A stretch of DNA of 64,000 nucleotides, from contig CAVYVF010000023.1 in the NCBI GenBank assembly GCA_963771885.1, forward strand, positions 128,001-192,000, given 5' to 3'. A program made the position numbers and the translations under genes. The stretch's first letter is position 1. Every line of letters begins with the position of its first letter. Origin of the DNA: Candidatus Bathyarchaeota archaeon. GTDB lineage: Archaea; Thermoproteota; Bathyarchaeia; TCS64. This document shows, in pieces, positions 1 to 11,016 of this stretch. Below the pieces are notes generated by a model, which saw nothing but the letters and a program-made list of their open reading frames with translations, was not told where the DNA came from and did not search any database.

Positions 1-837
1 GGCGGTACTCGTCTTGCCGCAGGCGCTCGGGTAGGCGCCTGCGAAGTAGGTCACCCTCGATTTCCCCGGCGGGTGTACACCCATCAGAAGCATGTGTTCA
101 CTGAGCCAGTCCTCGTGGTTCGCCTTGTAGATGGCGAGACGCAGAGCCAGCTTCTTCAGCCCAACACTGTTGCCCGCGTACTGGTTGTTGACCGAGTAGA
201 CCTTCCCGTCGGTGACGTCGATGTAGATGCGGCGGCTCCCGTAGTTCTTCGTGACCTTCCTTTCGTCGAGCTCGCCTGCGGAGTGGATGAAGGTGAAGAA
301 GTCCTTGCCTCCGTTGAGGCGCCTGAACTGCTCATAGCCCTGCCTGTAAAGGAGGTCTTCGCTGTGGGCGACGTAGGGGGAGTCGGTCACCTGCATGGCG
401 CAGAGGCTAAAGCGGCTGTTCGTGGGGCCGAGACTGTAGAACTTGACTATCATCTCCTTACCCTTCATGGCGCCGTCCATGAGGCCGAGCATCTCCTTCA
501 AACCCTCGTCCCTGGAGATTGTATTGATCTTCTTGCTCAGCACCATCCCCGGTGGCGTCAACACCTTCGTGCTCCCCGTGTCACGTGCGAGGTCATAGTA
601 TCCGTCGAAGTGGATTGTGTGTCCCTCCATCTTGAGGGGCTTCTCCTCACCCCCCTCCATGGCGAGGTACCGGATGTATGCGACGTCCTCCGGCGACTCA
701 TCGAGTATGATTGCCTTCGTCGGTTTACACAGCTTGACGAACCCGTCTAGCTGATCAATAACATGCTGGTTACCGAGCGCCTCGAGCTTCTCTTGGCTCG
801 GCTTGTCCAGGACCTTAGCGAGGGTTCCCGGGATCAT
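1..837 (-). CDS. pckG: GTP-dependent phosphoenolpyruvate carboxykinase, 5' part (runs off window start)
   Basis: Manual translation (not in ORF track): MIPGTLAKVLDK...NQYAGNSVGLKKLALR...WLSEHM...YFAGAYPSACGKTSTA, the GTP-PEPCK motifs. Confidence 0.93.
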   Translation of the reverse strand, partial: MIPGTLAKVLDKPSQEKLEALGNQHVIDQLDGFVKLCKPTKAIILDESPEDVAYIRYLAMEGGEEKPLKMEGHTIHFDGYYDLARDTGSTKVLTPPGMVLSKKINTISRDEGLKEMLGLMDGAMKGKEMIVKFYSLGPTNSRFSLCAMQVTDSPYVAHSEDLLYRQGYEQFRRLNGGKDFFTFIHSAGELDERKVTKNYGSRRIYIDVTDGKVYSVNNQYAGNSVGLKKLALRLAIYKANHEDWLSEHMLLMGVHPPGKSRVTYFAGAYPSACGKTSTA

Positions 838-992
838 TAACCATCAAGAGAGGTTCCCCCATCTATTGTTAAGTTTAGTGGTTGATGCGACGATAAGGCG
901 AAAAGATGCATATGGGACACGACTTGAATTTTGATCGGAACCTCTATCAAGGGCGGACTACCTTCTCCCATAACTCTCCGGTGTCCGCCAGT

Positions 993-1872
993 ATGAAACT
1001 ACCCGACCTTGGCTTCTTCGCGGACGCCAGATCGTATTTCGATAACGTCAGGATACAGGACTGGGGAGGCTATATTGGGATGGCGATCCTCGGCTACCTG
1101 CAGGGTATCGAGACGGTGCCGACGTACGGTGAATGGCTACCTGAGGATGGCAATCTACCTCCTCTCAGTCGTCTTCTACCTCGGATTCAGCTTCTCGGTC
1201 AACAACTGCTTCGACCACGAAGGGGACAAACTTGGCGCCAAGCTCAGCCTGAATCCCATCGCCTCCGGGAGGATAACCGTCAGCGGCGGCATCATCTTCT
1301 CCATACTACTAGCGGGGACTGGCCTAGTCTTCACCTGGTTCTTCCTCGGAGCTGCGTCCTCAATACTATACTTAGGAATGCTACTACTCAGCGCCTCGTA
1401 CTCGACGCCCCCCTTTAGGCTCAAGTCTGTGCCCGTGCTCGACATGGCGTCCCACGGCCTCTTCTTCGGCTCGCTCATAGTGTTCTTTGGCGTGACCGTA
1501 ACCGGTGTGACGAATGCGTTCACGCTCCCACTGCTGCTCAGTGTCTATAATCTCTCACTAATACTGGAACTCCGGAACCAGATTGACGACATCGGAGAGG
1601 ACTCAGCGACGGGCGTCTCCACGACGGCGATCCTGATCGGTGGCAAGAATGCGGACAACCTATTCTATGGGCTCATCGCCCTCCACATGGCAGTGCTAAC
1701 ATACATAGTGACACTCCTCGGCAACCTCGCCCTCACGGGACTTGCTATATTCTTCTTCACCGGACTAGCCATCTACTTCTACAGGATGCCTAATAGGGAC
1801 AAGTTCCTACTCATAATAGAGCGTGTGACGCCGCTCGTCTACGCCCTCTTCATCCTACGCCTAATAATCTAG
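993..1872 (+). CDS. UbiA-family prenyltransferase (frameshift near 1125)
   Basis: Asp-rich motifs SVNNCFDHEGD and NQIDDIGED, YSTPPFRLK, many TM segments; N-terminus in ORF 906, remainder in ORF 1009. Confidence 0.85.
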
Positions 1873-2015
1873 GAGTGGGACATCTCATCCATATCGATGG
1901 CAGCGACCGGGAGCTGCCTCTTCTCGTAGGGCAGGAAGTCAAAGAAGGCTATCATGCCCACAATTATGATGGTCGCGACCACGATTATCAGTGGATCAAG
2001 ATAGATCTCGGCCAT
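1869..2015 (-). CDS. putative 48-aa single-TM protein
   Basis: Manual translation MAEIYLDPLIIVVATIIIVGMIAFFDFLPYEKRQ...; fills the gap and its stop overlaps the ubiA-like stop. Confidence 0.5.
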   Translation of the reverse strand: MAEIYLDPLIIVVATIIIVGMIAFFDFLPYEKRQLPVAAIDMDEMSHS

Positions 2016-2106
2016 GCAAGGAAAATACTGTAAATACTATTTAGCATTTGGGAAGTGTCCTCAGCAACAGTTTAAGGCTCATGGCGCCCCTCATTCTGCG
2101 ATAGTC

Positions 2107-3088
2107 ATGAGCGATAATGGTGTTCTATCCCGGTTCTGGCTCTGGGAGCTGACGAGGCCTGCCTTCGAGGACTGGCTCGCCAACGATCCGGCGCCGACGG
2201 TCGTCATCGGTATCGGCGCGATCGAGCAACATGCCGTCCACCTCCCACTCGGCTGCGACAGCATTGGTGTCGCCAAGTTCATCCACGACGTGGCTGAGAA
2301 GACGAACAGCGTCTGCCTCCACCCAACGTGGGCAGGGTACAGCCCCCACCACATGGAGTTCGCGGGCACCGTCACATACAGCCACGAGACACTCCTCAAC
2401 ATTCTCCTCGACACTCTGCGCAGCCTCAGCTACCACGGCGTCAAGCGCTTCGTACTCATCAACTACCACGGCGGCAACGAGAACATCATGAATCTTGCCG
2501 CCCAGATCGCCAAGCGCGAGTTACCGCGTCATGGTCGCCACCCCCCACGGCCCCAACAACACCGAGCTATCCAAGAAGATCAAGGAGAGGATGCAGCGCT
2601 ACCTAGAGGTCCACAGCTGTGCACGCGAAACGAGCTACGCCCTCCACTACTTTCCCGAGTTGGTTGAGATGTGGCGCCTGGAGGGCTGGGAGAACCCCAC
2701 ACTTATCCCCGACTACCTTCAGGAGTTCATGAACCCAGACAGGAAGGACTACGAGATAGTCAGTCAGCTCTTCAACACGATGATAGGTCCGGACACACAC
2801 GACGTTACTACGACGGGGCAGTACAGCCTCAATGATCCCCGCGCTGCGACTGTCGAGGAGGGCGATGCGATGGCGAAGGAGGCGACCGACTTCCTCGTCG
2901 AGTTCATAAACACGTGGAAGAAGTTGCCGACGCCTCCAGCATTCAAGGACGCCTGCGGTTGCGGTGATCCCAACTGCCACGAGGAGCATGGCGACGATTG
3001 CGGGTGTGGCGGCGAGGGGCCTTGCCACGACCACGAGGACTCCGAGGAGGGGGACGACCATGGACACCAGTCATGCTTGAGGAGCTAA
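2107..3088 (+). CDS. creatininase-family amidohydrolase with His/Cys/acidic C-terminal extension (frameshift near 2520)
   Basis: GAIEQHAVHLPLGCD, SPHHMEFAGT, NYHGGN, HSCARETS. Confidence 0.85.
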
Positions 3089-3801
3089 CCTGGCCTCTTG
3101 TCGAGAAAGCGCTTAAAGACGGGTATAAAACCATCCTAGTTCCGGTCGGTTCGATCGAGCAGCATGGGCACCACCTACCTCTAGCCACGGACAGCCTGCT
3201 GGGAGAGGCACTCTCCAAGAGGCTTGCCGAGAAAATGGGGAAGACTCTCGTCTCTCCTGTGTTGCGCCCCGGCTGTAGCTCCACCATCTAGCCTTTCCCG
3301 GTAGCCTTAGCGTCGAACCAGCTACCCTGATGGCGATGATTCGTGATGTCTGTCTTCAGCCTCGACCACCACGGTTTCGAGAACATCATCCTCATCCCGA
3401 GCCACGGAGGCAACTTCGCCCCCGTCGCCACGGTGACGCAGGAGATCGCCCCGAAGCTCAAGGCGAACCTCGTCGCGATGGGAGACCTCATGGGCCTCAT
3501 CGGTAAGATGCAGGAGGCGGCCGCCGAAAAGGGAATACCTCGCGAGGCCGTCGGCGGACACGCATGCGCCGGCGAGACGAGCGTACTCCTCGCTTACCGC
3601 CCCGACCTCGTCCGGATGAAGGACGCGAAGACTGGGTACATTGGCCCCTTCACCAGCAAGTACCAAAGGAAGGGCTTCCGCGCCGTCACACCAACAGGTG
3701 TCATGGGTGACCCCCGCCCAGCCACGAAAGAGGCGGGCGAACTAATGATAGAGAAGATCACCGACATGTACCTCGCCGCTATAAGGCGCGAGTTAGCCTA
3801 G
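3073..3801 (+). CDS. second creatininase-family amidohydrolase (frameshifts near 3280 and 3355)
   Basis: MLEELTW, GSIEQHGHHLPLATD, HHLAFPGS in an intermediate frame, SHGGN, HACAGETS, GVMGDP. Confidence 0.85.
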
Positions 3802-3843
3802 AAATCCATCAGAAGGATAAGTCTCTAGGCCGCGGATAAACAC

Positions 3844-5119
3844 CTAGAGGTTAGACTCGGTCTTCTTCGACTTCGCCGGGGTTATTACTTTCTGCTCCTG
3901 CTTCTCAAGCTCAGTACTGTCCATCTGGTGCTTGAGGTTCCAAGCCGTGACGCTCGGCAGGCCCCAGAGGGCGATAAATCCCAGCGCGTCGCCTTGGTCG
4001 TACTTCGTGTTGATATCGAAGCTCGTCAGGTTGTAGTCGTAAAGGCTGAACTCGCTGTTCCGCTTCACAGGCTTCGCCGAGCCCTTGTGTAGTTTCATCG
4101 TCACCCAGCCAGTCACCTTCTCCTGCGAGCTGTTGATGAAGGCCTCAAGGTCCTGCTTGAGCGGGTCCACCCAGAGTCCTTGGTAGGCGAGGACGGTCCA
4201 CTTGTGGTCGATCTCCCTCTTCATCAGCATTTGGTGGATGGTGAGGACCATCTTCTCAAGGTCCTTGTGGGCAGTGAGGATGATCTCGGCGGCGGGGCAC
4301 TCGTAGGTCTCCCTGCTCTTGAGGCCGACGGTTCGGTCCTCCATGTGCTCGATGCGCCCGATGCCATGGATACCGCCCTTCTCGTTGAGCTTCTGCGCGA
4401 TGCTGACGAGGTCCATCTCGACTGCGTCGATACTAACGGGGACGCCCTTCTCGAAGCCGATGGTGACGAACTCGGGCTCATCAGGGGTCTTCTGTATCTC
4501 CTTCGTCCACTCCCAGACCTCCTTGGGCACCATCTTGTCGGGGTACTCGAGTACGCCGCCCTCGATGCTGCGACCCCAGATGTTCTGGTCGACACTGTAG
4601 GGGGAGTCGATTGTAACGGGGACGGGGATGTTGTGCTCCTTGGCGTAGACGATCTCGCCGTGGCGGTCGAACTTCCACTCGCGCACAGGGGCGATGATCT
4701 TCAGTCTTGGGGCTCAGGGCCTTGATGGTGATATCGAACCGGATCTGGTCATTGCCCTTGCCCGTGCAGCCGTGTGCGACGGCATATGCGTCTTCCATCT
4801 CAGCGACCTCAACCATCTTCTTCGCGATTAGTGGTCGGCTGAGGCTGCTGCTGATCGGGTAGCTGTCCATGTAGAGGGCGTTCGCCTTGATTGCGGGGGC
4901 AACATACTCCTGTGCGAACTCCTTCTTGCAGTCCATAGTGTAGGTGTTTACCGCTCCGAGGGTCTTCGCCTTCTCCTCGATTTTCTTCAGGTTGTCGCCC
5001 TGCCCCACGTCGATTGTGAGTGTGACAACGTCGCTTTTGTACTGCTCCTGAAGCCACTTGACCATGACCGATGTGTCGAGTCCGCCGCTGTAAGCGAGCA
5101 CTATCTTCTTCTTTGCCAT
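3844..5119 (-). CDS. argG: argininosuccinate synthase (frameshift near 4705)
   Basis: LAYSGGLDTS, HGCTGKGNDQIRF, YSVDQNIWGRSIEGG, GLKSRETYE. Confidence 0.96.
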
Positions 5120-5225
5120 TGTGGTTCCCCTGTTTCGATGCTCGAATGGGTAGGGGGGCGCCATTTATAGGTTATGACATACACGCATTAAATGAGTATA
5201 CTATTGTCCCATTTGGGACAGATTA

Positions 5226-5666
5226 CTAGTCCTTCTTCTCCGACTCGGTCGCTGGTTTCTCCTCAGGTTTCTTTGCGAGAATCCTTGCCCTCTCGGTCTT
5301 GGACCTGTAGAACATCGCACCGATTATCCCACCGATGAGCAGGCTGACCGCGGCGTAGATGTCCGTAGCGGCCCCCTCAAAGACGATATTGTAGATGAAC
5401 TCGAAGATGTACGCCATGATCGCCGTCACGGTGCCCACCTGAATGAAGTCGGCTTTACGAACCCTTGCTACGAGGAAGCCACCTGCGAAGCCCCCGGCTA
5501 GATGGGCGGCGAGGTAGATGTTAATTATGAGGCTGTATAGCTCGCTGCCGATGTCGACGGTCGCGCCACCGAATACCAGTTGCAGTATCTGTGAGGTCAG
5601 CAGCACTATGCCGAACGCGAGCGCCGCGCCGGCGAGGTAGTTCCTGAAGTCGCGCTCACTTTTCAA
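5226..5666 (-). CDS. hypothetical 4-TM membrane protein
   Basis: Four Gly/Ala-rich hydrophobic segments and a charged tail. Confidence 0.7.
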   Translation of the reverse strand: MKSERDFRNYLAGAALAFGIVLLTSQILQLVFGGATVDIGSELYSLIINIYLAAHLAGGFAGGFLVARVRKADFIQVGTVTAIMAYIFEFIYNIVFEGAATDIYAAVSLLIGGIIGAMFYRSKTERARILAKKPEEKPATESEKKD

Positions 5667-5764
5667 GTGGAATCAACTCAATTGGGACTCAACGCATATT
5701 TAACCCCCCTCGATGCCCGGCGTCAAGTTCTTATCCCTATGCCCTCATGTGGTTCTGACACATC

Positions 5765-6163
5765 TTGACAGCTCCGGAGAGGACGCCGAAGCTATTCGAC
5801 TACTTCGCAGGCGCCATTCTTACTAACGGCCTCGCTACTGCCGCCATCTACCTCGCCGCGTGGGAGATTCTCTTCCAGTACCTCCTAATACCACTCATCC
5901 TCCTCGCTGCTGCAGTGGCGACTTATCTCGTCTGCATGAGGACTACAAAGAACCACCTTGTGACAGGTGGTAAGACGGCGATCCTCTCCATCCTTCTCGG
6001 CTTCGTGATGGTGCCGACGATGCAGAGCCTTGAGCTCGCCAGCCTAATACTCATTCTAGTCTGCTACATTGTGGGAAGCATAGGCGGAGCCTATTGGGCT
6101 CTCAGGGAGCAGCTCAAGAGAAAAAAGAAGGCGGCGGTATCGACGCCTGCGGTTGAGCCTTAA
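5765..6163 (+). CDS. hypothetical 4-TM membrane protein
   Basis: Four hydrophobic segments, basic tail. Confidence 0.7.
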   Translation: MTAPERTPKLFDYFAGAILTNGLATAAIYLAAWEILFQYLLIPLILLAAAVATYLVCMRTTKNHLVTGGKTAILSILLGFVMVPTMQSLELASLILILVCYIVGSIGGAYWALREQLKRKKKAAVSTPAVEP

Positions 6164-6204
6164 CCTTAAATCACCTCCAAGTCCGATTAAACGTGGCATA
6201 GGGC

Positions 6205-6624
6205 TTGTACTACGACGTCGAGATCACGCCAGAGACCGAGAATGAGTACATCGAGAAGGTCGCTCAGAAGATACACGAGTATGAGATGGAGACCGCGGCG
6301 ATACTCCTGCTCGAGAGCAGCAAGCCCCTCGTCTGGGTCGGCGGCGAGATGGGCCGATTCTTCATCACTCCCTTCGTCCCGATCGTCAGCGATAAGTGGG
6401 GTGTGACTAGTGAGAAGTTCTTCCTCGTCTTTGAGAAGAGGGAGAACATCGAGAGGCTTCTGAAGAGACTTGAGGAGCTCGCTCAGCAGGACGAGGATAA
6501 GAAGAGAATGGAGAAGGAGGAGAGGAAAGCGGCGGAGAAGGCTAAGAGAGACGCTGAGGCCGTAGCTGCTGGTGAGAAGCCCGCCGAGGAGAAGAAGGGT
6601 TGGCGAAAACGCCTCCCATTTTAA
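6205..6624 (+). CDS. hypothetical protein
   Basis: Coding-like composition, coiled-coil-like C-terminus, upstream CCTTAAAT. Confidence 0.7.
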   Translation: MYYDVEITPETENEYIEKVAQKIHEYEMETAAILLLESSKPLVWVGGEMGRFFITPFVPIVSDKWGVTSEKFFLVFEKRENIERLLKRLEELAQQDEDKKRMEKEERKAAEKAKRDAEAVAAGEKPAEEKKGWRKRLPF

Positions 6625-6700
6625 CCCCAATTATTAAGGGATCCTAACTCATTTTCAGAAACCTTTAATGGGGGAGGTCTTTAAACAATTCAGATTCGCG

Positions 6701-8540
6701 ATGCCTGCCCTCAATAAACCAATCGAGGATATGCAGTACATTCTCGCGACTGACGTAGGAAGCACAACAACGAAGGCGAGATTCTTCCACAAGAAGGACG
6801 GCGTCTGGCGCTTCTACGTAGCCGGCGAGGCCCCCACGACGGTCGAGGCGCCCTACGAGGACGTCACACTCGGAGTACAGAACGCGGTCCGCGAGATCGA
6901 GGAACTCACTGGACATAAGCTTCTGAGTCCCGACGGCAAGGGTCTGATACTCCCCTACGATGGGAAGCAGGGCGTGGACCTATACTGTACAACCAGCAGC
7001 GCGGGCGGCGGCCTGCAGATGATGGTCGCTGGCCTCATCAAGAACATGACCGCTGAGTCCGCGAACAGGGCGGCTCTCGGCGCAGGAGCCATCGTCATGG
7101 ACGTCATCGCCCGAGACGATGGCAGACAGCCATACGTAAAGATACAGCGCATAAGGAACCTGCGCCCCGACATGATCCTACTCGCGGGTGGGACCGACGG
7201 AGGCGCGGGCCAGCACGTCATGGAGATCGCGGAGCTCATCAAGGCAGCTGAGCCCAAGGCGCGCCTAGGCGCCAGCTACAACCTCCCAATCGTCTACGCC
7301 GGAAACAAGTCCATCCGTAAGGATATCGAGGCGCTGATGAAAGGCTGCATTCGCCCTAGACATCGTCGACAACATCAGGCCGACGCTTGAGGTCGAGAAC
7401 ACAGAGCCGGCTCGTCGCGCGGTACACGAGCTCTTCATGGAGCACGTCATGAGCCACGCCCCTGGGTACAACAACCTCATGAAGTGGACTGACATCCCGA
7501 TCATGCCCACGCCAGCCGGTGAGGGCATGGCGATGCAACTCATCGCTGACACCTTCAAGATGAACGTCCTCGGCGTCGGACTCGGCGGGGCTACGACGAA
7601 CGTCTATAGCGTAGTTGAGGGGCGCTTCGTACGTAGCGTCTCCGCCAACTTGGGTATGAGCTACAGCGTTACCAATGTCATGAAGGAGGCAGGCATCCCC
7701 AACATCATGAGGTGGATTCCCTTCAAAATCGAGGAAGAGGAAGTCGCCAGCCGCCTGATGAACAAGATGATCAGGCCCACCACCATCCCCCAGACTCTAG
7801 AGGATCTCATGGTCGAGCATGCCGTTGCGCGTGAGGCGCTTAGGCTTGGACTTCAGCACCACCGCACCATCGCCACACGACTCAAGGGCGTACAAACGCA
7901 GCGCACCATCAGTGACATGTTCGAGCAGGCCATCGAGGACAGCTACGTACAGATGATGAACATCGACGTCATCGCCGGAACCGGCGGGCTTCTCAGCCAC
8001 GCCCCACGCCGCGTGCAGCCGATGTACATTCTCAGCGACGCTTGGCTCCCAGAGGGAGTCACGAGGATGTTCCAGGACAGCGTATTCATGATGCCCCACC
8101 TCGGAGTCACGAGCACTGTGGCACGCGACGCGGCTTGGAGCGTCTTCGACAAGGACTGCCTACTAAGGATCGGTACAAGTATCGCCGCAGCGGGCACCGG
8201 GAAGCTGGGCGACCCCTGCATGACCGTCGAGATCACGATGCCCGACGGCTCCATGGTTAAAGAGGACATGAAGTTCGGCGACATCAAGCTCGTCCCGCTG
8301 GATGAGGGCAAAGAGGCGAAGGCTGTCATTACACCCGCCAAGGCTTTCGACCTGGGCATGGGGCCAGGCAAGGCGAAGGAGGCGACCGTCATCGGAGGCA
8401 TCGCTGGCCTTCTGCTCGACGCACGCGGGCGCCCACTCTATCTGCCCGAGGAGGATGCCGCGAGGAGGGACCTCCTCTACAAGTGGTTCTCCACGCTCAA
8501 GCTGTACCCTGAGGACCCCCTCAAGGAGCTGGTGAAGTAA
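6701..8540 (+). CDS. GlmL/MutL-like (glutamate mutase accessory family) ASKHA-fold protein (frameshift near 7345)
   Basis: ATDVGSTTTKA, TSSAGGGL, LLAGGTDGG, MPTPA, GLGGATTNV, SANLGMSYS, GTGGLLSHAP, DARGRP. Confidence 0.85.
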
Positions 8541-8541
8541 A

Positions 8542-9723
8542 ATGACGACGAACAAGCACGAAGCCCCAAAGAACTCGAAGAAGAAGGACGATAAGGAGAG
8601 TGGGGAGGCACATGCCTACACGCCTGGCCTCAAGGTCAAGCGCGCCATCACGGTCGAGAAGCTCCGCAGGCTCCCAATCCCAGGAGAGGTCTTGCACAAG
8701 GTCGGGGACAAGGTCAACTACGACGCCAAGGTCGCGAGAACCGAGATCAGCGGTGAGCCCGAGATCGTAAAAGTTGCCATGGTCCTCGGCGTTGAGGCTG
8801 AGGACATGGCCAGATTCATGCTGAAGAAGGTCGGCGACAAGGTGAAGCAGGGTGAGAGCATCGCCTTCTACAGCGCCCTGTTCGGCCTCATCAAGAAGGA
8901 TGTCCCGAGCCCGAGGGACGGCACAATCGAGTCGGCCTCAGAGGTCACTGGACAGGTGATCGTCAGGGGCTCCCCGATACCCATCGAGGTGGATGCCTAC
9001 CTCCCTGGCACGATCGTCACTGTAGTTCCTCGGGAGGGCGTAGTTGTGCAGACGCACGGCGCCTTCATACAGGGCATCTTCGGCATCGGCGGCGAGGTAC
9101 ACGGCGAGATTAAGACCATCACCGCCAACAACGAGGAGATGGTGACGCCTGAGAAGATCACGCCAGACTGCAAGGGCAAGGTACTCATCGGCGGCTCGCT
9201 CATCACCCTTGAGGCGATGAGGAAGGCTGCCGAGGTCGGAGCATCTGCCCTTGTTGTCGGAGGCGTGCGCCACCAGGACTTGACTACCTTCACAGGGCAG
9301 GAGATTGGAGTCGCCATCACGGGGCAAGAGGAGGTCGGCTTCACCCTCATCATCACCGAAGGATTCGGCAAGATGAACATGAGTGCAACCACCTTCAAGC
9401 TTCTGAAGAGCTTCGAGGGCTACCTCGCCTGCGTAAACGGCGCAACCCAGATCAGGGCCGGCGTACTGAGGCCAGAGATCATCATCCCCCACGAGGAGAA
9501 GTTGGAGGAGAAGGGCGATGCGTTCGCGATGGGAATGGTCCCTGGGACGCCGGTCAGGATCATCCGTCAACCCTACTTTGGCGCAATCGGCGTCGTGGAC
9601 ACGCTCCCAGTCGAGCTCCAGGCTATGGAATCGGAGAGCATGGTACGTGTACTCACTGTGAAGCTAGCCGATGGCAGGACCGCGACGGTGCCCAGGGCAA
9701 ACGTCGAGATCATCGAGGAGTAA
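8542..9723 (+). CDS. uncharacterised partner of the GlmL-like protein; barrel-sandwich-hybrid-like repeats and KOW-like C-terminus
   Basis: Starts 1 nt after the glmL-like stop; repeated KVGDKV motifs; IQGIFGIGGE; C-terminal PGTPVRIIRQPYFG...VPRANVE. Confidence 0.75.
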   Translation: MTTNKHEAPKNSKKKDDKESGEAHAYTPGLKVKRAITVEKLRRLPIPGEVLHKVGDKVNYDAKVARTEISGEPEIVKVAMVLGVEAEDMARFMLKKVGDKVKQGESIAFYSALFGLIKKDVPSPRDGTIESASEVTGQVIVRGSPIPIEVDAYLPGTIVTVVPREGVVVQTHGAFIQGIFGIGGEVHGEIKTITANNEEMVTPEKITPDCKGKVLIGGSLITLEAMRKAAEVGASALVVGGVRHQDLTTFTGQEIGVAITGQEEVGFTLIITEGFGKMNMSATTFKLLKSFEGYLACVNGATQIRAGVLRPEIIIPHEEKLEEKGDAFAMGMVPGTPVRIIRQPYFGAIGVVDTLPVELQAMESESMVRVLTVKLADGRTATVPRANVEIIEE

Positions 9724-9823
9724 AAGTCTCCCCGATCCTTCTTTCTGATCAGGCTACTTTTTTCGGTTGTTTCTAGCTCCTCCCTCTTTAAATTCACCCG
9801 CGCACGAGGATCAAACGATCCAG

Positions 9824-10348
9824 ATGGAGTTCTACGAGGTCGTTAACACTAGGCGGAGCGTCCGCAGCTACAAGCCAGACGAGATACCGGAGGATATCCT
9901 CGATAGAGTGCTCGACGCCGCGAGGGTCGCCCCCTCGGGCAGCAACAGGCAGCCATGGAAGTATATACTCGTCAGGAACCCCGAAATACGCAAGAAGATA
10001 GCCACCATCAGCGGTGGACAGCCGTGGATCGCCGAAGCGCCTATAGTCGTCGTCGCCTGCGGGAGTGACATAAAGTACGACCGCGGAGGATATATGGGAG
10101 AGCTGAGCTTCCTCCTCGACTCCGCCATTGGGCTCACACACCTCATACTTGCCGCACGTGCGGAGGGGCTGGGCACATGCTGGATAGGGCTCTTCGACAA
10201 CGACTCGCTTAAGGAGTTGTTGGAGATCCCGCCAGGCTGGAACGTCGCGGCGGTGACGCCGCTCGGCTACCCTAAGGAGCCAAAGTGGACTCAGAGTGTG
10301 AAGCGCAAGACTCTAAAGGAGATCGTTGCAGTAGACGAGTGGTCCTGA
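9824..10348 (+). CDS. nitroreductase-family flavoprotein
   Basis: RRSVRSY, APSGSNRQPW, GLGTCWIG, PLGYP. Confidence 0.93.
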   Translation: MEFYEVVNTRRSVRSYKPDEIPEDILDRVLDAARVAPSGSNRQPWKYILVRNPEIRKKIATISGGQPWIAEAPIVVVACGSDIKYDRGGYMGELSFLLDSAIGLTHLILAARAEGLGTCWIGLFDNDSLKELLEIPPGWNVAAVTPLGYPKEPKWTQSVKRKTLKEIVAVDEWS

Positions 10349-11016
10349 TGCTTAAGATACGCCTAGCCGTCTTCGACATGGCGGGAACGACCGTCGACGA
10401 CGTGATCGATGGAATGCCTCTTGTTCTTCGCAGCTATGATGACGCCTTTCGGAGGCACGGCGTCGTTGTCCCGATGGAGACGCTTAATGATATGCGTGGG
10501 CGTGACAAGAGGGAGGTCATCAACATGCTCGGCGGCGAGAAGGCGCCTGCCATCTACAAGGACTTCGTCGAGATGCTCACAAGTAATGTCTCCAGGGTCA
10601 AGGAGATCCAGGGGACATCGGATATTTTTCGCTGGCTCAAGGAGCATGGCGTCGCCGTCGGCGTCGAGAGCGGCTTCCCTGCGACCGTCACCCATGACAT
10701 CGTCAAGCACCTCAAGTGGGAGGAACGGGGACTCATCGACTACTGGACCTGTAGCGAGATAGTCGACGAGGAGCGTCCCAGCCCCGCGATGATCAGGCGC
10801 ACGATGCGTCACTGCCACATAAGGGACCCGGCGCAGGTGCTCAAGGTGGATGACACGGGGATAGGCATCGAGGAGGGGCACAACGCTAAGGCTCACACAG
10901 TAGCTGTGCTCACCGGGACGCAGAGGAGGGATAAGATTGAGAAGGAGAAGCCTGACGCTATTCTACCGAGCATCAGGGAGCTGCCCGAGTACCTCACAAA
11001 GAACATGCTCGTCTAG
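10348..11016 (+). CDS. HAD-family hydrolase, phosphonatase-like
   Basis: VFDMAGTTVD, RPSPAMI, KVDDTGIGIEEG; TGATG overlap with the upstream gene. Confidence 0.85.
   Translation: MLKIRLAVFDMAGTTVDDVIDGMPLVLRSYDDAFRRHGVVVPMETLNDMRGRDKREVINMLGGEKAPAIYKDFVEMLTSNVSRVKEIQGTSDIFRWLKEHGVAVGVESGFPATVTHDIVKHLKWEERGLIDYWTCSEIVDEERPSPAMIRRTMRHCHIRDPAQVLKVDDTGIGIEEGHNAKAHTVAVLTGTQRRDKIEKEKPDAILPSIRELPEYLTKNMLV

Noticed and set aside
73..750. 225-aa plus-strand ORF
   Set aside because: Antisense shadow of pckG, which carries the recognisable motifs.
3280..3345. In-frame TAG/TGA as pyrrolysine or selenocysteine readthrough
   Set aside because: Conserved HHLAFPGS continues in another frame, so indels explain the stops.
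2107..3801. Mycofactocin (MftE) cluster
   Set aside because: No precursor peptide, RRE protein or radical SAM gene nearby.
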